Source: Octopus vulgaris (Eukaryota). From it: 64,000 nt of DNA. The notes under the pieces were generated by a model. The model was not told where the DNA came from, ran no database searches, and was given only the letters and a program-made list of their open reading frames with translations. Both the position numbers and the translations under genes were made by a program. The DNA is taken from assembly GCA_951406725.2 (NCBI GenBank), contig OX597834.1:3038001-3102000 (forward strand), in the 5' to 3' direction. Positions 54,388-64,000 of the stretch are shown here, one piece after another. Within the stretch, counting starts at the first letter, position 1, and each line of letters begins with the position of its first letter.

Positions 54388-54518
54388 TTAGATATATATT
54401 CATGTATATTTGTATGTATGTATGTATGTATGTATTTATGCAAATGCATATATATCACTGCAGCTGAGAGCAGTAAAAAGAGATAAATATGTAGATTGCT
54501 ATGTAGATAAATACGTAC

Positions 54519-54568
<50 letters not shown>

Positions 54569-55127
54569 GTTTGTATGTATGTTTGTATGTATGTATGTAT
54601 GTATGTATGTATGTATATATACATGTATATAATCAAAAGTGTGTGTATGTGTGCGTATATGTGTATGTATGCGCGTGGCTCTTTACACGTAGATGTACAT
54701 TCAAAGATGCGCGCGCATGCACATATACATATATGTGAAGATAGTCAGACAGAAAGGCGTACGGACGCATAGACAGACAGACAGGCAGATAGATAGACAG
54801 ACAGACAGACAGACAAATAGATAGATAGATAACTAAATATTGTAGCCACACAGGGCTAAACACAGAATAAAAATGGACGAAATACAATGTAGATTTTTTT
54901 CTTTTCGAGGTGAGATGGGTGGGGCAAAAAAAAAAAAAAAACGTTTGATCAATAGGGATCTGTGGGTTGTGTGGTGTATAAAAAAGCAATATATATATAT
55001 ATATATAAGGTTCACAGTTTAGGTGTAGTCTTGGAAAGAAAAACCTACGAAAAAGACCAAGGTCACCTCAGACAATTCGAAAAAGAACACATGAGTAAGT
55101 CGCCTTACTTCTCGTTGTCTCTTTTGG

Positions 55128-58100
55128 TTACAGATTTATGCTTAAAATAGTGTCGTCTTTCATACTGACCATTTTTGCCACTTTTACCCACTTTTTATTA
55201 AAACTTTCGTTCGACAAAGCCTTCCTCTCTATTCTCATCCTCCTTTTCAAATGGTACTTGAAAAAGTTGACGAGAGACTGACCAGAGAGGAAGGTGTTTG
55301 TTTGCAGTCCTTTCAAACGCGTCCACCACACACATTCTTTCGCCATAGCCATCAGCGTAACGAAAACCGTTTTCCCTTCCCGTTTAAAGGAAGGTGGTGG
55401 AACAATATTCACAATAGACTCGTCGTTCAGACTCGTCGTTCTGAACAGGCGGGTTAGGAATTCCTCGTCGACGCCCAGGTTTGCCCCGAGTGTGTCGTCG
55501 GACCTCCCCTCCACTAGTCCTCTATAGAACGCTTTAGTCGTTTGGAAGTTGCACAAGTTTGACCCCGGTCGGCAGAGCTGCTGTAGAGCTTGGCGACACT
55601 CTCGGTGCTAATCGCCCAGTTTCGGTCTCTTTTTGATCCACGTTTGCAGTTCGGTCAGTGAGACGAGCTGCGGGAAGGCGCGCCTCACAAACGGCGCCCA
55701 CACCTGTTCACCATCATCGATGAAGTTCCAGAGATGTCGCAGTCTCAGCGCATGCCTGCGCATCATCAACCACGGCATGTCCAGTCCTCCATTCAATGGA
55801 TGTTGACAGCAAATGGACTTCCTCACCATCGGAACGCCACCCTTCCACAGGAAGCGGAAGAGTATGCGCTCCAGTTTGGTGATGGTAGCGTCGGGACAAG
55901 GCACGACGGTCAGGCGGTAATCGATGACGAATGCGATGTACGCGTTCGCCACCTCCGCCCGACCTTTTAGAGACAGCTTTCTCTCGGCCCATGTTTGGCT
56001 GAGAGCGACCACTCTACTCGTGATCTCGTCCCAGTTCTTATCCATTTGGAGGTCCGGACTGAACCAGATCCCGAGCAATTTAACCGGTCTGTCCGTCCAG
56101 CGTCCCACTACTGAGCCGCAGTCGGACGGCATGGGCTTGCTTCTCCAGGTGCCGAGTAGCAAACCCACTGACTTTTCCGGGTTAATCTTCGCTCCCGTCA
56201 CCGTTTCGTACTTTCTTAGTGTCTCGCCTATCATCTGGATGTGTTTGTCGCTCGACACTATGACGGTGATATCGTCCGCATATGCCGATACGCTCATCCC
56301 GCAACCCAGTTCCCGTGGGATGCCCCTCAGTGTCGCCAGCTTCCGCAGTAGCGGCTCGAGAGTCAATACATACAGAAGCGCCGACAGGGGACACCCCTGA
56401 CGGACCGAACGCGTGATGTCAAACGGTTTCGACAGGTGACCGTTCACCCGAATCACCGATCGGATGCCGCTACACAAGGCAGCGATCCAACAGCGGAAGA
56501 CGGGACCGAAGCCAGCCGCCCTAAGGACGGCCGCCAAGTACCGATGGTCGACCCTATCGAAGGCTTTAGACTGATCCAAATTGATCAGCGCCCCACCCAT
56601 GCCAGGATCCTTAACTACCCTGTTCACAATGTAGCGCATCAGATGGAGGTTGTCATGTATGGTTCTGCCCGGCACGGCGCATGTTTGCGCCCTGTCGACC
56701 AGTTTACCAATGACAAGCGCCAACCTCTCGGCTATTACTTTGGCCAAAATTTTCAAATCTGCGTTGAGCAGAGTGATGGGCCTGAAATTATCTATAAAAT
56801 TCTCCCTGTTTGGGTCTTTCTTCAGCAACGTCACTGCACCTCGGCTCACGAAACCGGGGATTCTCCCGTTTTGTTGCCAGTTGAAGTAGACTGATGCTAA
56901 GAGGTCGCCAAACAAGTCTGGCATTTGACAATACAGCTCGTAGGGTAAACCATCCAATCCAGGCGACTTATCCCTCGCACAGCCCGCCATCGCATCCCGC
57001 ACGTCAGCGGCTGTGATGGGACTTTCACAACACTCCGCTTCTCTTGCCGAGAGCCGCGGCAGGTCGGTCAGGTAGGCACTGAAATCCATCCCGCGTTCCG
57101 ACCCACCACTCGCACCAAACAGTCGAGCAAAGTGCTGTTGAAAGGCCTCACACAACCTTTCGGGTTCGAATAAACTGCATCCCTGTTGATCTATTAGAGA
57201 CCGAATGGTGGCTCTGTTGCCACGCTGCACCTCCGCTACCCGGGCCTCTCGCGTAGCTTCGATCCCTTCGTTCCTTAAGGCACGCATTTTAGCTCTGACG
57301 ACGCAACCTTCGTGCTTGGCGTTGAGGTGTTGGTCGAGGGCCATACTCGCAGCCAGCACGTTGGTTGCGCTGCCAGTGGTAAGTGCCTCTTCTAGTTTCT
57401 TAACTAGGTCTCCCTCTACTCTGTTTCGATCTATCGCTAATTCCTTGCTAAACCTAATTGATTCCGATTTTATTGCCATTTTCAGGGCGAACCACCAGCG
57501 GTTGTTAACAACGGCTCCCGTCAGCGCCCTCTTCATTAACTCGCTAATCCGGTTCCTGTAAACCTGTCGCGCTAAGAGCGACGTGTTCAGTTTCCAGTAA
57601 CCGGGACCCTGTCTATGTGTCTTATCTAAGTCGAGCGTACACGTCACAAATTTGTGATCTGTGTAGCTGACTATTTTAAATTGTGGACATCCTACACTAT
57701 CTCTATCCGCTGTCCTGCATAGAATTCTATCTAGATAAGATCTCGACGATCCGAAGCGATTTGTCCAAGTCCACGTTGGCACGTTCGGATGGTCGAGTCG
57801 GAACCTGTCAGACAAATAGAAACGTCTGAGTAGGTATTTGAGGCACTTACACCCCCTTCTATTCCTATCAATTCCCACATAATCTAGATGCGTGTCCAAG
57901 GTAGCGTTCCAATCCCCTACTAACAGTAAAGGTCTAGATGTACCCAGGAAAACATCTAGACGTCTGAAGAAATCCGCCCGACCCGTTAAGGACGGTGCAT
58001 AAACTGCCATCAGACGGAATGCACACCCATTTCTGCCATCCACGTCCAAGACAACCAGCCTACCCTCCGGGTCTAGGAATATTGTTCTTGCTTTTACATT

Positions 58101-58328
58101 TAGACTCTTTCGAAAAAGCACCGCGGTACCTCCCATGTTCGGCAGACAGGGAGAAAAATAAATGTCGAATTGATCGCCAAACATGGACGCGAGGGCCCAC
58201 GGCTTGCTGAGTCTGGTTTCACTGATAGCTACTATATCCACGTTCAGTGACTTGATGTCGTTTAGAAGGTAACCTTGCTTCCAAGCCGACGCCAAGCCAC
58301 GCGCCTACACACAACCTAATTTAAGCAT
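55128..58328 (-). pseudogene. Tx1-type ORF2 (AP endonuclease plus reverse transcriptase) with two in-frame stops
   Basis: MLKLGCV*ARGL..ISET..VYAP..GDWN..SYLDR..TDH..WKLN..KSPGLDG..FRPITLLN.D.KI..DQSKAFDRV..VRQGCPLS..YADD. TAG stops at 58305-58307 and 55608-55610, in the same frame as the 55128-55556 ORF. Confidence 0.93.
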
Positions 58329-58402
58329 AATTGACGTTTAAGAAATTTGTGTTTCACACACTACATTGGAAGAGACAAGAGGCAAGAGGGAAGGTCACTT
58401 AC

Positions 58403-60330
58403 TCATTTCGGAAGTTTCAGTTTTTTCTTCTTCTTTTGTAGTGTCTTTGAGGAGGTGTTTGTATAGTTTTTTGAGAGGTATCGTTGAAACCCGCCTACCG
58501 CATTTGGAAATATTGTTTTCAGTGTATGGTGTTGTGTTTGTGTTATGTGTACAATTCTTATATGTTTCGGTGGTGTGGTGCGCGGATGATTGTTAGTCTT
58601 AAAGTCATCTTCACAGATGTTCGTGTTGGATGCAATGTAATCCATTAGTTTTTTATTGTCTGAGTCTATTGCAGTTAGTTGTGTGTGGTTTTGCGGGTTC
58701 ATTGATTTTTTTATTGTCTAGGGGGATGCTGTCCGGAGTTAAATATCTCCCTGCTTTACTTACTTGTTTGGTGGGCTTTTTTTATTTTTTCCTTTTAACC
58801 CCTGTGGCTATTTGCCATTCCGTCGAACTTTCGTCGTTGGACGACGAGTCCCGACGAATCAGAAGGGGGTAAAGGCGAAGCATTTGCGTTAATATGTATC
58901 CTTGTAGAAATTGTTGATGTTTTGTGCGGTGTTTGTGTTGTTGGGGTGTTAGGGGTAGAATTTGTCTTCTCGTCACTGTTTTCTGTTTTTTTAGTTGTCC
59001 TCGGTGTTGGTGTTGGTCTATCTTTTGTTGGTTCAGTAGGTTGCGACGTCAACGGTGATTGTGTTGGTGCTGTTTCTTTTCTTGGTGATGTTGTTGGGGT
59101 TTGTTTGCTGGTTTGTTGTTTTTCTTGGCATTGTTCCATAATTGAGTGTGTTGGTGTTGGTGTTGGTGTTGATGTTGGCAACAAGGGTTTTTTATTTATT
59201 TTCTGATTTGTTCTTTCTTGTTTTTTCTGTGCCAGAGCGCACTTGGCAATTAAATGTTCTGGGCTGCAACAGTTGTAGCATCTAGGCTTTTTGCCTTCTG
59301 CTACAACATGTAGGCTTTGCCCATTTTCTAAATGGATCCTATCAGGTAGGTTCTCGATAGAGGACCCCTCAATCTGGATGGTCACTACTATTGTTTTACC
59401 ACCCTAATTGTCGTTTTTGTACACGGCGGTTTCTAATATGTTTATCGTTTTCAAATGGTAACAGATCGCTCCTGTTATCCGTTTGTTAGGTATCTCGGGG
59501 GGTACATTTTTAATGCTAATTCTACTCACTCTCTGGCCTTTCTAATATGGGATCATGATGATTTCATCATTTTGCAAAGACTCCGTAGAGTGAGCTTTTG
59601 CCACTTCCTTGTTAGGGAAGCGGACAACCACTGTATTAAACTGGGGACCCCAGTTTATATATTCTTTTTTTTCATTATGTTTTTTAAACACTTTTCTATG
59701 TCCGTTTTTGTAATCTGTTCATTTTGTTTTTTGTTTTTTTTTATAATTTTATATATAATTGTCTTATTTTCTATTTGTTCCTTTATGTGTTGAGATGTAT
59801 GCAGCACTAAATCCTGCCCTTGGGTTGTAAAGAGTGCTCTCGTTTCTATTAACTCTTCATTCGTAAATTTTACTATTTCTTTTTTCTGACGCAAGGCGTC
59901 AGCGAAATTTACCGTTATATTCTGGCAGTTGTTGTCGTGTGTTTTTGTTGTTGCTGTATCCGAAATATTCTTGTACATGGCTTTTACAGGTGCTGTTGAT
60001 TCTATTATATTAATATCTTCACTATTAGATGGTAAAATATTTATTTCGTTTTTGTTGTTGTTCTTGTTGTTGTTGTTTTTGTTAATAGTATTCGCGTGAG
60101 TTTTATTTTTATCATTTATGTTGGTGGTGGTGGTGGTGGTGGTGGTGGAGGTGGTGGTGGGGGGGGGAGGTGGTGGTGGTAGCAGTAGTAGTTTCGTTGT
60201 TGTTGTTGTTGTTAGTGGTGGTGGTGGTGACAGGGCTGTTACCGCAAGTGGTTGCAGCGTTCACTACCACGTCACTCAGGTTTGTCTTTGTCGGATGTGT
60301 GTGCGTGCATAAGTTCTTTTTTTTCTCCTT
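58403..60330 (-). pseudogene. Tx1-type ORF1 (gag-like, zinc knuckle), frameshifted
   Basis: Fragments 59655-59978, 58795-59385 (VVAEGKKPRCYNCCSPEHLIAKC, CX2CX4HX4C) and 58403-58702, directly upstream of ORF2. Confidence 0.75.
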
Positions 60331-60613
60331 GCGTTTCAAGTCTAGGAAAATGCTGGTCCATAAAGGAACGCGACCAGCGTTCTACAATAACATTTCTCGA
60401 CATTTTTTAATGTCGAGAAGAAAAATGCACAAATTAAATAGGGTTGAAACTGCCCCTAGGGGCGAATTCCTCCCTTGGAAAAGCACTCAAACGAAAGTTG
60501 GGTGCCTTACACACCTTATTTACAAAAATGTACACAAAATATGGGCTATAAATAGTCAAAATAAACGATTACCTTCGGAGCCGAGGTGACAACACGTCAG
60601 TCGATAGATTGGC

Positions 60614-60697
<84 letters not shown>

Positions 60698-61208
60698 GAT
60701 GGATGGATAGATAGATATGAGTGTAAACCCTACATCTTCTTTAATCCTCTCACCATCTCAACCCCTTTCGCCCCAACCGTATATGGAAAGTCGTCCCTTC
60801 ATAAATCTGGTTCCACGCCAAATCAGTAGAAAGAAATTTATCTTTGATAAATATTTATAAAATATCTTTCACCTCGGCAGGGGTCCAGTGCTCGCTGTTC
60901 TTGTTCTTGTTCTTGTTGTCGCTATTGTTGTTATTGCTGCTGCTGCTGCTGCTGCTGCTGCTGAAATTTAGGTTTGAGATTATATTTAACTTCAGTCTGT
61001 AATTATAGATCTCCCACTATGACCATTATTCAGACAAAGTGTATCTAAGAATATATTTTCAAATGTGTCCTTCCTCGCCGATGAGGAATTTTTTAGCCCA
61101 AGGTCTTCTCGGATCCAGCAAACCTATCATCAAATTTATTGCTACCGTTAATACTCCGCACTGATTCTGACTTAGTGTATCTAGGACTACATTATCTAAA
61201 GGCTACTT

Positions 61209-61420
61209 AAGGCGGCGAGCAGCCAGAATCGTTAGCACGCCGGACAAAATGCTTAGCGACATTTCGTCCGTCTCTACGTTCTGAGTTCAAATTAAGTTGA
61301 GGTCGACTTTGTCTTTCATCTTTTCGGGATCGATAAAATAAGTACCAGGTAAATATTAGGGTTAATATAATCGACTATCCTCTCCCCAAAAGTTTCAGGC
61401 TTTGTGCCCAGAGTAGAAAA
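61209..61420 (+). mobile_element. SINE (GCCTTTCATCC-core family)
   Basis: AAGGCGGCGAGC..GAGTTCAAATT..GTCGACTTTG..TGTGCCCAGAGTAGAAAA followed by (ATT)n. Confidence 0.85.
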
Positions 61421-61423
61421 TAC

Positions 61424-61490
<67 letters not shown>

Positions 61491-61513
61491 GTTGTTGTTG
61501 TTACTATTATTAT

Positions 61514-62863
61514 TTTTTCTTCTTCTTTCAAATTTGTTTCCATTTCTTGCCGAGTGTCTTCCCGACTCCTAGGGCAAAGAAACTCATAGTATACATTGGT
61601 AGGTCATTAAACCAAACTCAATAGTTCGTTCATTTAAAAATTTTTTTTTTTTTTTTTTTTTAAGTTAAATTAAAATACATGAGCAGCAACAGTTCTCACA
61701 TCGACAATGCTCTTCTCAATACGTGTGATGTACCAGTTAAGACAATCTTTTACACTTCTTGCAGGGATGGTAAGCCAGGGATCATTCTCATATAATTTTC
61801 GGTTCCCTTCTTGATCATTCCTAATGCTCCTACGATCACTGGTATTGTAACCGCCTTGAGATGCCACATTTTCTCAATTTCAATGAGTAGGTCTTTATAT
61901 TTTCTGAGCTTGTCAAACTCTTTCGGTGAGATATTATGATCACAGGGGATGCTCATGTCGATCAATAAGCAAACTTTATTGTTTTGGTCTTTCACAACAA
62001 TATCTGGTTTATTGGCCTTGATGGTTCGGTCTGTATGTACTGGAAAGTCCCACAGAATGGTTACATTTTCTCCTTCAGTTACAGCCTCAGGGTGGTGATT
62101 ATACCACTTGTCGGCAGTTTTGATATTGTAATGCCGACTTATTAGCCAGTGTAGATATTGGCCAACTCTGTCATGTCTTAATTTATACTCCACTGGTGCT
62201 AAGACTTTACATCCAGAGATTAGGTGGTCCACTGTTTCAATCATGTCGTTGCAGAATCGGCATTTTGGGTCTGCTCCATTTTTCATCACATTGGCCTGGT
62301 AGTTCCGGGTTAATAGGCTTTGATCTTGAGCAGCCAGGATGAGACCTTCGCTCTCTGCTTTTAGCCCTGAGCTCCGTATCCACTGATGGGTTTGCTTCTG
62401 GTCAACATCAGCTTGTTTGCTGCGGGCTACATATTTGCCGTGCAGAGGTTTCTCCTCCCACCTATCAGCCAATTGCTCGTGCGCTTTTTTCGTTGCCATT
62501 ATTTTTACCTTCTTTGCAACAATAGTTGCCGTACTTCCCTCGGGTTGTTCAGTTTGGGTATCCTGCAGGAGATCAATAGCAAATTTTTTGCTTTCCTTTA
62601 CAATAGAATGAAGCTTCTTTCGTCTCTCGTGATTTTCCACGAGCTTTAGCATCCAGTCATTCGTTATTTCGAGATATTTGGCCAGTCCAATTGTGGGTGT
62701 TTTGTAAGCTAGTTCAAATTGGATCAGGCCTCGACCTCCTTGGGCTCTGGGAAGGTAAAGGCGATCTACGTCTGCCTTTGGGTGGTGCATCCTATTACAA
62801 CTCAGCAGCTTGCGTATTTCCCTATCTATATTCTTTACTTCACTCATATTCCAGTACAACACA

Positions 62864-62864
<1 letters not shown>
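61514..62864 (-). mobile_element. 5'-truncated R4/Dong-clade non-LTR retrotransposon in (TAA)n
   Basis: RLE-type C-terminus and short 3' UTR; (TTA)n arrays on both sides (61424-61513, 62866-62918). Confidence 0.88.
61696..62864 (-). pseudogene. R4/Dong ORF C-terminus: CCHC finger plus restriction-like endonuclease
   Basis: RLYLPR..GGRGL, CRFC..ETVDHLISGC, RHD, ILWDF, NKPDIV, LIDMSIP, KLRKY, PVIVGALG. One premature TAA at 61750-61752, then KIVLTGTSHVLRRALSM*. Confidence 0.92.
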
Positions 62865-62918
<54 letters not shown>

Positions 62919-63140
62919 CAAGGCAGCGAGCTGGCAGAATCGGTAGCACACTGGGCGAAATGCTTAGCAACATTTCGTCCGTCCTTACGTTCTGAGTTTA
63001 AATTCCGCCGATGTCGACTTTGTCTTTCATTCTTTCGGGATCGATAAAATAAGCACCAATTGTGGACTGGGGTCGATCTAATCGACTGGCCCCCACCCCA
63101 CAAAAAAAATTTCGGGCCTTGTGCCTAGAGTAGAAAAGAA
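62919..63140 (+). mobile_element. SINE (GCCTTTCATCC-core family)
   Basis: Homologous to the 61209 copy. Confidence 0.85.
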
Positions 63141-63329
63141 TATTGTTGACACCAGTTTCACACCGTCACAAAATTTCTCTTTAGCTTCCGATATCAAAAG
63201 TGATTCCGTTGCAAGGATTATCACCAGACCCTTAATTCTCACTAAACGTAGGCCGCACGGACACCACCAGCCTCGAAACACTGTCGGCCCTGCATCTCCT
63301 CTTCTAATAAACTTAATTCTTTCTAATTT

Positions 63330-63750
63330 CGAGGGGATGAAGAAGTCGATTATATCAACCCCACTGTTCAACTCATAATTATTTAATTGACTCACGAAAG
63401 AATTAAAAACAAAGTCAACCTCAGCGAAATTTTGAACTCAGAACGTAAAGAATCGGACGAAAAGCCGCTACGCATTTTGTCCGACACGCTAAAGGTTCTG
63501 CCAGCTCGCCACCTTAGAAACTTCCAAATATTGACATCAAATTTTGGCACAAGGCCAGTGATTTTGGTGAAGCGGGGTGTTAGTCGATTACATCGACCTC
63601 AGCGCTCAACTGGTACTTATTTTATCGACCTCGAAAGAGTGAAAGGCAAAGTCGATCTCGACGGAATTTGAACTCAGAACGTAGAGACGAACAAAATATC
63701 GCTCAGTAGTTTGCCCGGTGCGCTAATGATTCTGCCAGTTCGCCACTTTA
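63330..63750 (-). mobile_element. Two tandem SINE copies (63330-63515, 63540-63750), GCCTTTCATCC-core family
   Basis: Both carry AAAGTC(A/G)A(C/T)CTC..TTTGAACTCAGAACGTA..TTCTGCCAG(C/T)TCGCCAC, the reverse complement of the family head. Confidence 0.8.
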
Positions 63751-64000
63751 AGACTGACTTATCTTAAAATACCAAAACTCAAAGCTCATTTATACGGACG
63801 TGAAACACCTTCTTCTAGTCTTGTTTTCTCTTAATCTAACGACACGAAAAGCTAGCGCTCTTTGTATCAAAATGGCTTCCGAATTCACGGAATTTTACAG
63901 CGAATTCTACAATGGAAGCAGTAAAAAATTTCTCCAGCTTTTTTTGTTTTCCTTTTTCCAATTTATTTCTCGCTATTATCACAACTATCCACATAAAACT

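Larger units (their letters stand above)
54832..60602 (-). mobile_element. Near full-length L1/Tx1-clade LINE
   Basis: 5' UTR, disrupted ORF1 with CCHC knuckle, ORF2 APE+RT and 3' UTR; (GATA)n on both flanks. Termini are inferred from the repeat junctions. Confidence 0.88.

Overview
Eukaryotic, extremely microsatellite-rich DNA ((TA)n, (CA)n, (TAA)n, (GATA)n, (GAA)n, (GGT)n), probably a gene desert or very large intron. The SINE and LINE families look like those of a coleoid cephalopod (Octopus-like); this is inferred from remembered repeat families, not a search. No host protein-coding gene could be supported, and nearly all ORFs in the track are microsatellite translations. Real coding signal is all transposon-derived: (1) a near full-length L1/Tx1-clade LINE (54.8-60.6 kb, minus) with (GATA)n on both flanks; (2) an R4/Dong-type RLE LINE inside (TAA)n; (3) an RTE LINE with a 5' inversion and 10-bp TSD; (4) other RTE relics; (5) several Penelope-like element (PLE) remnants (GIY-YIG domains, an RT-thumb fragment, pseudo-LTRs); (6) Tc1 (DD34E) and mariner remnants; (7) two Helitron-type elements, one carrying 23-aa STPR repeats; (8) many tRNA-derived SINEs. 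Most notable: at least seven intact-looking minimal type-I hammerhead ribozymes, each with a different (near-)palindromic stem III; a shared 3'-terminal stem-loop linking an abundant SINE to the Tx1 LINE; a perfect 102-bp inverted repeat of unique sequence rich in TCF/Otx-like motifs; and recurrent fold-back structures whose arms carry reciprocal deletions.
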